Source: an uncultured Alphaproteobacteria bacterium (GTDB lineage Bacteria; Pseudomonadota; Alphaproteobacteria; Methylaequorales; Methylaequoraceae). Taken from it: a DNA stretch of 64,000 nucleotides. Shown here in pieces: positions 50,154 to 59,943 of the stretch. Both the position numbers and the translations under genes were made by a program. Each line of letters opens with the position of its first letter. Position 1 is the first letter of the stretch. The notes below the pieces were generated by a model, which was given only the letters and a program-made list of their open reading frames with translations, was not told the origin of the DNA and made no database searches. The stretch is taken from positions 138,092-202,091 of the forward strand of contig CACMWI010000003.1 of assembly GCA_902617375.1 (NCBI GenBank), given 5' to 3'.

Positions 50154-52292
50154 CTAAATCCTCGAAACACTCTCTATAAAATCAGAAGTTCTCAAAGAGG
50201 CAATTACTTTACTAAGATGAGATTTATTTTTTACATCAATGTCGATATTAATTTTGAAAAAGTCAGTATTTCTTTCAGTTATTTCTAAGTTTCTAATATT
50301 ACTTAAAGATTTTCCAATAATGGAAGACAAGACACCTAATGCACCAATCTTATTTCGGATTAAAACATTTATTTTAGCCACAAAATCGTTTTTTTTGTAT
50401 TTTAAGTTTTCCCATGATACTTTAATAAATTTATGATTTTTGGACTTTACTTTTTTTAATTCCTTACATAATTTTAAATGAATAATTAATCCCTTATTTT
50501 TCATTACAAAAGAAATAGCTTCGTCTCCTGGAATTGGGTTGCAGCATTTTGCAAAGTGAATACTCATCCCTGGAGTAAGGCCATGGACGATTAGAGGAAA
50601 ATCGTCTGATCTATTTTTTTCTTTAAGCTTATTAAAGATTACAATCTTATCATTTTTTTTAAGAAGTTTTTCTTCAGGAAACATAGATGATACTATCTTA
50701 TTAGGGAAAATTTTACCACATCCTATAAATTTATAAAGATTGTCTAAGTCTTTAAGCTTAAACTTATCTAGAATGTTTTTAACATTTGTTTCTGAGTATC
50801 TCATACCCTTATTCTTGAAATGATTAATTAAGATTTCTTTTCCAAGCTTTTTAAAATCCTCGTCTTCTTTTGTGTGGAGGTATCTTTTAATACAAACTCG
50901 TGCTTTTCCTGTGATAGAAAATTCGAGCCAGTCTGGAAGAACTGAATTACCTTTACCGCGAATGATTTCTACCTGATCTCCATTTTTAAGCTTAGTTGAA
51001 AGTGGTTTAATAGAATTATTAATTTTTACTCCTGAACAGAAATAACCCACATCAGAATGGACAGAAAATGCGAAATCCAATGGCATTGCCCCTTTTGGCA
51101 AAGCAACAATATCCCCTTTTGGTGTAAAAACAAAAACTTGATCTGCATGCATTTGCATTTTGGTGTGTTCAAGAAACTCTTCTGGTTCATTTGATTGATC
51201 GAGAATATCTAGGATTTGTCTCATCCACCTATATTGTTTTCCATCTTTTGGATTAATCTTATCTTTATATATCCAATGTGCTGCAACGCCAAACTCTGCT
51301 TTTTCATTCATCTCGAATGTTCTTATTTGAATTTCTATTCTCTGATTTAGAGGACCAATAAGTGTCGTATGTATTGATTGGTAACCGTTCGGTTTGGGAG
51401 TTGAGATATAATCTTTGAATCTTCCTGGAACATATGAATAACCTTGATGAAGAAGACCTAAAACTTCATAACTAGTTTTGGTATCTTTTACTAAAATTGT
51501 AAAGGCCATTATATCTGAAAGTTGAGAAAAATTTACAGACTTTACTTTCATTTTTTTCCAAATAGAGTAAGGAGTTTTTTCTCTGCCAAAAACTTTGAAT
51601 ACTATTTTATTCTCGAGAAGAAACTCTTCAATATTCTTAATAATTTTATCTAAAATATCTTCATCTTGTTGTCTCAACATCAACAGTCTTTGAATTATTG
51701 AATCTCTGAGCTCTGGCTCAGTTACATTAAAACTTAAATCATCTAGTTCTTTTCTGATTTCTTCCATCCCAAGTCTTTCGGCAAGAGGTGAATAGATTTC
51801 AAGCGTTTCATACGATATTCTTTTTTTTTTCTTCTCATCTTTTATAAATTTAAGTGTTCTCATATTATGAAGTCTATCTGCAAGCTTAACAAATAACACT
51901 CTTATGTCTCTTGATGTAGCAAGTAATAATTTCCTGAAGTTTTCTGCTTGATTAAACTTGTCAGATCTACCCTCAAATTTTGACAATTTTGTAACACCGT
52001 CTACTAAAGATGAAATTTCAGAACCAAAACTTTTTTTTATATCCTCAAGACTATATGTTGTATCTTCAACAACATCATGAAGAAGAGCAGTAATTATTGT
52101 TCTGGAATCGAATTTGTGATCGGCAAGTATACCAGCCACTTCCAATGGATGAGAGAAAAAAGGATCTCCAGACGCCCTTGTTTGACTTCCATGAGCTCTC
52201 ATTGAAAAAACATATGCTTTGTTGAGAAGTTTTTCCTCTACGTTTGGATCATATGATTTTACTTTTTCTAATAATTCAACTTGTCGTAACAC
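50154..52292 (-). CDS. spoT: Bifunctional (p)ppGpp synthetase/hydrolase (RelA/SpoT homolog)
   Basis: 712 aa with an HD hydrolase domain (HDVVEDT), synthetase, TGS and ACT domains. It follows rpoZ. Confidence 0.9.
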   Translation of the reverse strand: MLRQVELLEKVKSYDPNVEEKLLNKAYVFSMRAHGSQTRASGDPFFSHPLEVAGILADHKFDSRTIITALLHDVVEDTTYSLEDIKKSFGSEISSLVDGVTKLSKFEGRSDKFNQAENFRKLLLATSRDIRVLFVKLADRLHNMRTLKFIKDEKKKKRISYETLEIYSPLAERLGMEEIRKELDDLSFNVTEPELRDSIIQRLLMLRQQDEDILDKIIKNIEEFLLENKIVFKVFGREKTPYSIWKKMKVKSVNFSQLSDIMAFTILVKDTKTSYEVLGLLHQGYSYVPGRFKDYISTPKPNGYQSIHTTLIGPLNQRIEIQIRTFEMNEKAEFGVAAHWIYKDKINPKDGKQYRWMRQILDILDQSNEPEEFLEHTKMQMHADQVFVFTPKGDIVALPKGAMPLDFAFSVHSDVGYFCSGVKINNSIKPLSTKLKNGDQVEIIRGKGNSVLPDWLEFSITGKARVCIKRYLHTKEDEDFKKLGKEILINHFKNKGMRYSETNVKNILDKFKLKDLDNLYKFIGCGKIFPNKIVSSMFPEEKLLKKNDKIVIFNKLKEKNRSDDFPLIVHGLTPGMSIHFAKCCNPIPGDEAISFVMKNKGLIIHLKLCKELKKVKSKNHKFIKVSWENLKYKKNDFVAKINVLIRNKIGALGVLSSIIGKSLSNIRNLEITERNTDFFKINIDIDVKNKSHLSKVIASLRTSDFIESVSRI

Positions 52293-52344
52293 AACAAAAT
52301 TTTATGATAAAAACCAAAGTTTTTAAATATTAAATTATTTTTTT

Positions 52345-52800
52345 TTAGTCTTTTTGCTTTTCTAAATCAGCTTCTGGATTATCTGTCAGATCTTCTTCTT
52401 GGCTGTTATTTTTCTTCTGACTAATAAGTTTCTGAATTTCATTTTGAGTCATATATATTTTTTTTCGTTTCTTTTCAGATGCATTTTCTTTTTCGAAATT
52501 ATCAAAGGAAACTTGAGAAGCATTTTCATTCATTGGAACTGTTTCATTATCGTCTATATCTGTGTCTTCTACTGGTTGATATCTTTGCGATGAAACTACA
52601 ATCGAGTCCCAGGTTTTAACCAAATCGATTTTCTTTTCAGCTATTTCTCGCAATGCAATAACGGTGTATTTATCGTTATCGATAGACACTTCAGCTTGAG
52701 ATCCAGATGATAAATCCCTAGCTCTGTTACAAGCGTATATAACTAATTGAAATCTATTAGGTATAGATGTTGTACAGTCTTCTGTAGTTACTCTAGCCAT
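52345..52800 (-). CDS. rpoZ: DNA-directed RNA polymerase omega subunit
   Basis: 151 aa beginning MARVTTEDC...[16 protein letters not shown] with an acidic C-terminal extension. Confidence 0.8.
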   Translation of the reverse strand: MARVTTEDCTTSIPNRFQLVIYACNRARDLSSGSQAEVSIDNDKYTVIALREIAEKKIDLVKTWDSIVVSSQRYQPVEDTDIDDNETVPMNENASQVSFDNFEKENASEKKRKKIYMTQNEIQKLISQKKNNSQEEDLTDNPEADLEKQKD

Positions 52801-52805
52801 TTAAG

Positions 52806-53291
52806 TCAATTTATATTGTAAATTTTCTGGTTTGCAAGTTTTTTTAAAATGTTTTTTGCTTTTTCTTTTAATATGGGATGTACCCATTCTTTGTTAATAT
52901 CACATAATGGTTGCATAACAAATCTTCTTAAATGCATTCTCGGGTGGGGTAATTCTAGGTGTTTATCTTTTAAAATTATTTCATTGTAACACAACAGGTC
53001 AAGATCAATAACTCTTGATTCGTTTTTAAAATGTCTGACTCTTTTAAAAATTTTCTCGATGTTCATTAATTCCGATAAAATTTTTTTTGGCAAGAAATTT
53101 GTTTTTACACTAACTACCCCATTAACATACATTGTCTGATTTGATTTAGGAATTGGTTCAGTCTCGTAAAAATTTGAAACTTTTTCAAGTTCAAAACTTT
53201 TTTCCAAAAATTCCATAGCTTTTTGACAGTTTTTAATGGGATCACCATAAGTTTCAGATTTTAAATTTGACCCTAATGCTATCAATATCAT
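52806..53291 (-). CDS. folK: 2-amino-4-hydroxy-6-hydroxymethyldihydropteridine pyrophosphokinase
   Basis: Start trimmed to MILIALGSNL (HPPK N-terminus); the track ORF runs to 53324. Confidence 0.85.
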   Translation of the reverse strand: MILIALGSNLKSETYGDPIKNCQKAMEFLEKSFELEKVSNFYETEPIPKSNQTMYVNGVVSVKTNFLPKKILSELMNIEKIFKRVRHFKNESRVIDLDLLCYNEIILKDKHLELPHPRMHLRRFVMQPLCDINKEWVHPILKEKAKNILKKLANQKIYNIN

Positions 53292-53746
53292 TTTTTCTCC
53301 AATCTGGCTTTTTCTCTTTTCCAATCTTGCTGTTTTTTATATTCTCTTAAATCGCCTTTTTTTCTTCCTTTTGATATTCCCAAGAGAATTTTAATAAAAC
53401 CCTTTTTATTAAAATGAAGATCTAGAGGGATCATTGTTAAGCCATTTTGTTTAACTTTCATATTGATTTTGTAAATTTCAGTCTTGTTTAACAAGAGCTT
53501 TTTAGATCTTATATTATTCGTTGTTTCAGGACTATTTTCATAACTCTTTAGATCTACATAAAGATTATTTATCCAAAATTCACCTTTTTTATCAACTGCG
53601 TAAGAATTATCTAAAGAAACTCTACCTTTTCTTATTGATTTAACTTCAGCCCCAGTTAGAACGATTCCTACTTCAATCTGATCTATTATTTGATAATTAA
53701 ACTTAGCTTTTCTGTTTAGAGCTATTATAGATTTTGATTTTTTCAC
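53288..53746 (-). CDS. smpB: SsrA-binding protein
   Basis: 152 aa SmpB family with a basic C-tail. Confidence 0.9.
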   Translation of the reverse strand: MKKSKSIIALNRKAKFNYQIIDQIEVGIVLTGAEVKSIRKGRVSLDNSYAVDKKGEFWINNLYVDLKSYENSPETTNNIRSKKLLLNKTEIYKINMKVKQNGLTMIPLDLHFNKKGFIKILLGISKGRKKGDLREYKKQQDWKREKARLEKK

Positions 53747-53752
53747 CTACTT

Positions 53753-54634
53753 TTAAATAAGATTAAGATTTCGCAAAGCTTTATCGATCTCAAGCATTGT
53801 CGATTTTGTTACAGTTGTAAGAGGAAGCCTTAGTATATTTTTGCATCTTTTAAGTTTGCTGAGAGCATATTTTACTGGGCATGGACTTGTCTCTAAAAAC
53901 AATGCTTTATTTAAAATGAACAGAAGTTGATTTAACCTCATTGATTCTTCAATTTGTCTATTTATCCATGAATTATAAATCTGGGCGCACAAACGTGGAG
54001 TTACATTTGCAGTAACAGATATGCAACCAACACCTCCATTTATTAAAAAAGCTAGAAAAGTTGCATCTTCTCCTGATAATTGAATGAATTTTTTTCCACA
54101 ATTTTGAATTACATTCATTGGTGCAGCTAAATCTGAAGTTGCATCCTTAACTCCAACTATATTTGGTATCTTAGATAATTTAATAAGAAGTTCTGATGAA
54201 ATTTTTTTTACAGATCTACCTGGAATATCATATAAATATATAGGAAAGCCATTACATTTTTTTGCAATTGCACTGAAATGTTTGTAAAGTCCATCATCAC
54301 TTGGTTTATTGTAGTAAGGAGTTACCAACAATGTTGCATCTGCTTTAGATTTTTTGGCATGTTCAACTAAATCAATTGTTTCTGCGGTCGAATTTGAGCC
54401 ACAACCAGCCATAACCGGGACTCTATTTTTAGATCTTTTGATTATAAAGTTTGTTACTTCTTTATGCTCTTCGTGACTTAGAGTTGGGGATTCACCAGTT
54501 GTTCCACAAGAAACCAAGCCGTGTGAACCTTCAGAAATTAAAAATTCAATATGTTTGGCAAGAGAATCAAAATCAACTTCTAAATTTTTAGTGAAAGGAG
54601 TTATAACTGCTGGGATTGAACCTTTGAATATCAT
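53753..54634 (-). CDS. dapA: 4-hydroxy-tetrahydrodipicolinate synthase
   Basis: 293 aa DHDPS family (...GTTGESPTLS...). Confidence 0.9.
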   Translation of the reverse strand: MIFKGSIPAVITPFTKNLEVDFDSLAKHIEFLISEGSHGLVSCGTTGESPTLSHEEHKEVTNFIIKRSKNRVPVMAGCGSNSTAETIDLVEHAKKSKADATLLVTPYYNKPSDDGLYKHFSAIAKKCNGFPIYLYDIPGRSVKKISSELLIKLSKIPNIVGVKDATSDLAAPMNVIQNCGKKFIQLSGEDATFLAFLINGGVGCISVTANVTPRLCAQIYNSWINRQIEESMRLNQLLFILNKALFLETSPCPVKYALSKLKRCKNILRLPLTTVTKSTMLEIDKALRNLNLI

Positions 54635-54712
54635 TTTGATCTCTGTTAGACAATAAAAATATTATAATATTCTTATTGTTAATTATTTTCTAGGAAATAA
54701 TAATATGTTTTT

Positions 54713-56653
54713 ATGATTAAAAATAAATTAAGAATTAATCTCTTTTTTTTTTTAAGTTTAATTTTCCATTGGAATTCTTATGCTCTTGATCCACCAAGTG
54801 TAAAAGCCAGACCTGAAATAAAAGTTTATGTTTACCAAGATGTTTTTGATCAAATAAAAAAACAAAACTGGGCAATGGCTATAGTTTTGGCAGATGATTA
54901 TAAAAATGAAAATTTATCTTCGTATATCAGGTGGCTTGATATAACTCGTCCTGGAAGTAATCATAACTTTCAATACTTAACTAATTTTTATAAAAATCAC
55001 AAACATTGGCCAAAAAACGAAATTTTAATTAGAAAAATTGAATCATCAATTGAAAGTAAAACTGAACCTGAAAAAATTATAGAGTGGTATCAAAACAATC
55101 CACCCCAAACCTCAAAAGGTAAAATCGATTACCTTGAAAGTTTGATAAAAGTCGGAAAAATAACAGAAAAAAAAAAAAGAATTAAGGATATATGGATAAA
55201 TTCTAATTTGACCTATTCCCAACAAAAATATTTTATAAAAAAATATAAAAATTTTTGGAATAATAATGATAATTGGCAAAGATTTAATAGACTGATGTAT
55301 GAAGGTAAGAATGTTTCAGCAAGAAGAACTTTGAATCGAATCCGAGGAGACTACAGAAAGCTTGGTGAGGCTCGATTAGGCCTAAGTAGACGAGTAGGAA
55401 ATGTATCTTCATTAATTAAAGATGTTCCAGAAAGATTAAAAAATGATCCTGGGCTTATTTATGAAAGAATGAGATGGAGAAGAAAAGCAAAACTTGAAAC
55501 CGCTGGAGATTTATTAATTAACCCACCAAATGAAATTGAAAATGTTAGAAACTGGTGGATCAATTCAAGAATAATAGTAAGAAGATTATTAAACAAGAAA
55601 AAGTATAAAAAGGCATATCAAATATTAAAAAATCACAACCTTCCACTTTCTTATCAGTCTGGATTAGAAGCGGAATGGCTAGCTGGATGGGTTTCTTTTT
55701 CTCATTTAAAATTATACGATAAAGCCATCGGACACTTTGAAAAAGTTTTCAATAACTCAGATAATAATTTTAGATCTAAAGCAGCATACTGGTTAGCATT
55801 AACAAACATAGAAAAAAATTCTGACAAAAAGATTATATCTAAGTGGCTCAAAGAATCTTCTAAAAATAAGTTTTCATTTTATGGACAAAATGCTGCATTA
55901 AAGCTTAAAACTTATAATTTAAAAAAAGAAAAAAAAGTGTTAAGAAAACCCGAGAAATATGAGGATCTACTTGAAGTAATAAATATTATTATTCAATCAA
56001 GACAAAGTAATTTTAAGTCTTATCCATTTTTTAAAAAAGTTTTTGAATTATGTTCTATTGATGAGGAAAAGTTTTATGTTCTTGAAAAAGCTTATAAACT
56101 TTCAAATAAAAATATCGTTGGTAAATTATCAAAACAGCTCAAAGTTCCATCTGTAAAATATTCATATCCAGAAATTACAGAATTTATCCCCAATAAATTT
56201 GAAAGTTCAAAACCAACTATAGCTCTTATTCATGCAATAATTCACCAAGAGAGTAACTTTTCAATAAATGCATACAGCTCTGCAGGTGCAAGAGGTTTAA
56301 TGCAACTAATGCCATTTACTGCGAAAAAAGTAGCACGAGATTTAAAAATTAAGTACTACAAAAATAGATTAACAACAAATCCTGAATACAATATTTTGTT
56401 GGGTACGACCTACATTAATGAAATGCTGATTAAATTTAGAAATGCTTTACCGTTGGCACTTGCTGCTTACAATGCAGGACCAAATAGGGTGAAAATTTGG
56501 ATTAAAAGATATGGCGACCCAAGAAAAAAAGAAATAAGTTATGTAAATTGGATTGAATCTATTCCGATCACAGAAACAAGATTTTATGTGCAAAAAGTTC
56601 TTTCAAACTTAAGAATTTATCAAAAAAAATATAACCTAAGTCTATACAATTAA
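54713..56653 (+). CDS. slt: Soluble lytic murein transglycosylase (Slt family)
   Basis: 646 aa with a signal peptide, a superhelical N-domain and a C-terminal SLT domain (ESNFSINAYSSAGARGLMQLMPFTA). Confidence 0.8.
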   Translation: MIKNKLRINLFFFLSLIFHWNSYALDPPSVKARPEIKVYVYQDVFDQIKKQNWAMAIVLADDYKNENLSSYIRWLDITRPGSNHNFQYLTNFYKNHKHWPKNEILIRKIESSIESKTEPEKIIEWYQNNPPQTSKGKIDYLESLIKVGKITEKKKRIKDIWINSNLTYSQQKYFIKKYKNFWNNNDNWQRFNRLMYEGKNVSARRTLNRIRGDYRKLGEARLGLSRRVGNVSSLIKDVPERLKNDPGLIYERMRWRRKAKLETAGDLLINPPNEIENVRNWWINSRIIVRRLLNKKKYKKAYQILKNHNLPLSYQSGLEAEWLAGWVSFSHLKLYDKAIGHFEKVFNNSDNNFRSKAAYWLALTNIEKNSDKKIISKWLKESSKNKFSFYGQNAALKLKTYNLKKEKKVLRKPEKYEDLLEVINIIIQSRQSNFKSYPFFKKVFELCSIDEEKFYVLEKAYKLSNKNIVGKLSKQLKVPSVKYSYPEITEFIPNKFESSKPTIALIHAIIHQESNFSINAYSSAGARGLMQLMPFTAKKVARDLKIKYYKNRLTTNPEYNILLGTTYINEMLIKFRNALPLALAAYNAGPNRVKIWIKRYGDPRKKEISYVNWIESIPITETRFYVQKVLSNLRIYQKKYNLSLYN

Positions 56654-56684
56654 AAAAATTTTTTATATGCCATATTGACAGTAA

Positions 56685-56713
56685 GACAATTTGACACTAT
56701 ATTAGTATTGTAT
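56685..56713 (+). promoter_or_regulatory. Candidate promoter for hsp20 (TTGACA-N17-TATATT)
   Basis: TTGACA at 56685-56690 and TATATT at 56708-56713 with a 17-nt spacer, about 55 nt upstream of the hsp20 ATG. Confidence 0.3.
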
Positions 56714-56769
56714 CGCCTAACTAGGGATACAAAATATTAATAATCTTGCTTAAATAAAGGAGATATAAA

Positions 56770-57201
56770 ATGCAAAATACAATTACAAATATTGATAGAC
56801 AAAGATTCACACCATTTACGGTGGGCTTTGATGATTTGTTTGATAGACTTTTCGATATGGAAGTTAACACTTCCTCCGGATATCCGCCATACAATATAAT
56901 AAAATCAGATGATTACAATTATCACATCGAAATTGCAGTGGCAGGCTTTAATAAAGATCAAATTGAAGTTGAACTTTCTGATGGTGTATTAACAGTAAGA
57001 TCAAAGATTAAAGATCAAAAAGCTAATGAAACTCAAAATATTATTCATCAAGGAATTTCTCAAAGAAATTTTGTAAGAAAATTTACATTATCTGATGAAA
57101 TAAGAGTTAAAAGTGCAGACTTAAATGATGGTATGTTGAAGATTAAATTAGAAAAAGTTATACCAGAGCACAAAAAACCAAAATTGATTACCATCAAATA
57201 A
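56770..57201 (+). CDS. Small heat-shock protein (Hsp20/alpha-crystallin family)
   Basis: 143 aa with an alpha-crystallin domain (...YHIEIAVAGFNKDQIEVELSDGVLTV...), an I-x-I-like C-terminus and a strong RBS aaggag. Confidence 0.9.
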   Translation: MQNTITNIDRQRFTPFTVGFDDLFDRLFDMEVNTSSGYPPYNIIKSDDYNYHIEIAVAGFNKDQIEVELSDGVLTVRSKIKDQKANETQNIIHQGISQRNFVRKFTLSDEIRVKSADLNDGMLKIKLEKVIPEHKKPKLITIK

Positions 57202-57203
57202 TT

Positions 57204-57227
57204 TGTAGGGGGAAAATTCCCCCTGCA
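57204..57227 (+). terminator. GC-rich hairpin immediately after the hsp20 stop (putative intrinsic terminator)
   Basis: tgtaggggg-aaaatt-ccccctgca. This G/C stem is unusual in the AT-rich background, though the trailing T-run is weak. Confidence 0.4.
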
Positions 57228-57292
57228 CTTAAATTATTGACATATTAAACTTTTAATATTAATTAGATAATAATAATCATTATCAAATTAAT

Positions 57293-58306
57293 ATGAACTT
57301 CTTCGCATATCTTTTAGTGTTTTTTTTTTCACTCCATATAAATGCAGGTGAAATCAATTTATATACTACAAGACATTATGATTCAGATATTAAACTTTAC
57401 GAGGAGTTCACTAAACAAACTGGTATTAATGTCAACATAATCTCTGGAAAAGCAAAACCACTTGAAAAGAGAATATTAGAGGAAGGAAAATCTTGCAAAG
57501 GAGATTTGTTTTTTTTGGCTGACGCCGGAAGACTTTATTCCGCTGAAAAAAATGGCGTTTTTAAAAAAGTTAGTTCAAAAGTTTTGGAAAAAAAAATACC
57601 AGCTCATTTCAGGTCTGATTATTGGTTTGGAATAACAAAAAGAGCTAGGATTATTTTCTACAACCCAAAAATAATATCCTCAGAGGATTTGGTTAATTTA
57701 AGTTACGAGGATCTCACAGACAATAGATTTAATAAATCTATTGCAATAAGACAGTCAAATAATGTCTATAACCAGTCTCTAATCGCATCCATGATAGAAA
57801 ATCATGGGTTGGAGTATACTAGAGGTTGGACAAAGAAATTTGTTAAAAATTTTTCTAGAAGACCCAAAGGTAACGATAGAGCTCAGATCTTATCAGTTGC
57901 CTCAAGTGAGTCCAAACTTGCTATAGCGAATACCTATTATTATGCATTAATGTTGTCTGGAAAAAAAGGTAAGGAGCAAAAAGAAGCAGCAAAAAAAGTT
58001 CGTCCATTTTTTCCAAATCAACAAAACAGAGGGACACATATGAATATTTCCGGAATTGGAGTATTAAAACATTCACCAAATCCCAGTAATGCAATAAAAT
58101 TTATTGAATTTTTACTTACTCACAAAGCTCAAGAACACATGGTAAATACTACTTTTGAGTATCCAATGATAGAATCAGTAGATCCTCCTTCTTTGATAAC
58201 CAAAATGGTAGGTAGTTTCAAACAAGATAATATTACTAATGTTTCTTCTTATGGAAAATGGCAAACAGATGCCTTTAAAATAATGCAAGAAGCTGGTTGG
58301 AATTAA
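57293..58306 (+). CDS. fbpA: Fe3+ ABC transporter periplasmic substrate-binding protein (FbpA/AfuA/SfuA family)
   Basis: 337 aa with a signal peptide and NLYTTRHYDSDIKLYEEFTKQTGINVNIISGKA (compare FbpA ...VYSARHY..D..L...F...TGI.V...). Confidence 0.8.
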   Translation: MNFFAYLLVFFFSLHINAGEINLYTTRHYDSDIKLYEEFTKQTGINVNIISGKAKPLEKRILEEGKSCKGDLFFLADAGRLYSAEKNGVFKKVSSKVLEKKIPAHFRSDYWFGITKRARIIFYNPKIISSEDLVNLSYEDLTDNRFNKSIAIRQSNNVYNQSLIASMIENHGLEYTRGWTKKFVKNFSRRPKGNDRAQILSVASSESKLAIANTYYYALMLSGKKGKEQKEAAKKVRPFFPNQQNRGTHMNISGIGVLKHSPNPSNAIKFIEFLLTHKAQEHMVNTTFEYPMIESVDPPSLITKMVGSFKQDNITNVSSYGKWQTDAFKIMQEAGWN

Positions 58307-58313
58307 TTAGGTT

Positions 58314-59930
58314 TTGACAAAAATTACTCGACCATTTTACTCAACAAATTTTACTTTCTACATAATATTTAGCATATCAATTATTTCACTCATACCCCTT
58401 TTTACTATAATTATTAACTCTTCGATCATTGACTTTGATTTCACATTATTTAAAAATTCACAATTTTTAGAATATACAAAAAACTCATTAATAATTCTTT
58501 TCTTTGTTTTATTTCTTACATTTGTCTTCGGAGTAATTCCTGCCTACTTAGTTACTTTCTACAATTTTGTTGGAGTAAAGTTCTTTGAATATTCATTAAT
58601 TCTGTCATTCGCAATTCCTCCGTATATTTTCGGTTATTCTTTAAGTGCATTTTTTGAGAATTTTGGTAGCGGTTACACGCTCATCAACCTTATTTGGAAT
58701 ACAAATAATGCTAACTCATATTTACCAAACTTTTCTCCAATAGTTAATTCAGTATTATCCTTATCTTTCACACTTTATGGATATGTTTATCTACTTTCAA
58801 GAACTTCATTTGTAGGTCAATCTGTAAATCTTTTAGATCTTGGAAAAAGTTTAGGTTTTAGTTCATATCAGAGATTTTTTAAAATTATTTTACCTTGTGC
58901 GAGACCTGGAATTTTCATAGGTCTAAGTTTAGTTGCTATGGAAACATTATCAGATTTTGGAACAGTTTCATACTTTGGTGTTTCAACCTTTACAACAGAA
59001 ATATACAACTCGTGGTTTATTTTTGATGATTTGAATACGTCTAACTTTTTATCCCTATTACTCTTAATTTTTGTGCTCTTTTTTTTTATAGTCGAGAGTC
59101 TTTTAAGAAAAGATTCAAGGTTTCACTCACTTAAAAATGAAGGTAAAAGAAAAAAACAAGCCTTAAAAGGCACAAAAAATTTTTTGGCAACAGCTTTTTG
59201 CTTATGTTTATTTTTCTTTAGCTTTGTTTTTCCTTTTTCTCAAATGTTGTACTGGTCGATAAAATTTCCCGAGTATTTAGCAAACTTTGAAATTTTAAAA
59301 CTTAATCTAAATACTTTTTTACTAATCTTTTTCACATCCTTTTTTTTAATATCAGTCGCAATTTTTACAAATTTTGGAAATAGAGTCTTAAAAAATCGAT
59401 TTTTAAGTTTTTTCAGCAGTCTTTCAATTTCTGGTTATGCTATTCCTGGTATCATTATTTCAGTATCTATTATAAGTTTTTTTTCATTAATAAGCTCATT
59501 CATAAATTTTGATTTAAAAACAATATTCATTGGATCATTTTATGGATTAATTTTGGGTTATTTTTTTAGATTTTACTCAATTGCCTATAATGGTATAAAA
59601 TCTAATTTCCTTAAAATAAATTATTCATTAGATGAATCTTCTTATTTAATGGGGTTTGATAAATTTAAAACATTCTCAATAGTTCATTGGCCAATTTTAA
59701 ACAAAAATATTTTTTTTATTTTTATTCTGATTGCTATTGAGATAATTAAAGAACTCCCAATAACTTTGATTTTAAGACCTTTCAATTTTGAAACTTTCTC
59801 AACCCGTGCTTATAATTTTGCAACTCAAGATTTGATTGAGGCCACTGCGATACCGTCTATGTTTTTAATTTTCTGGGCAAGTATCTTTATTCTAATTTCA
59901 TTTAAATACTTTTTTCAAGATAATAAATGA
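58314..59930 (+). CDS. fbpB: Fe3+ ABC transporter permease (fused two-domain FbpB/AfuB type)
   Basis: 538 aa with about 12 TM segments in two permease repeats. Confidence 0.8.
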   Translation: MTKITRPFYSTNFTFYIIFSISIISLIPLFTIIINSSIIDFDFTLFKNSQFLEYTKNSLIILFFVLFLTFVFGVIPAYLVTFYNFVGVKFFEYSLILSFAIPPYIFGYSLSAFFENFGSGYTLINLIWNTNNANSYLPNFSPIVNSVLSLSFTLYGYVYLLSRTSFVGQSVNLLDLGKSLGFSSYQRFFKIILPCARPGIFIGLSLVAMETLSDFGTVSYFGVSTFTTEIYNSWFIFDDLNTSNFLSLLLLIFVLFFFIVESLLRKDSRFHSLKNEGKRKKQALKGTKNFLATAFCLCLFFFSFVFPFSQMLYWSIKFPEYLANFEILKLNLNTFLLIFFTSFFLISVAIFTNFGNRVLKNRFLSFFSSLSISGYAIPGIIISVSIISFFSLISSFINFDLKTIFIGSFYGLILGYFFRFYSIAYNGIKSNFLKINYSLDESSYLMGFDKFKTFSIVHWPILNKNIFFIFILIAIEIIKELPITLILRPFNFETFSTRAYNFATQDLIEATAIPSMFLIFWASIFILISFKYFFQDNK

Positions 59931-59943
59931 ATTATAAGAAATA

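Noticed and set aside
56681-56713. A sigma-32 (RpoH) promoter upstream of hsp20.
   Set aside because: The hexamers fit a housekeeping TTGACA-N17-TATATT pattern better than the alphaproteobacterial RpoH consensus (CTTG-N17-18-CYTATNT). Heat control, if any, is more plausibly post-transcriptional.
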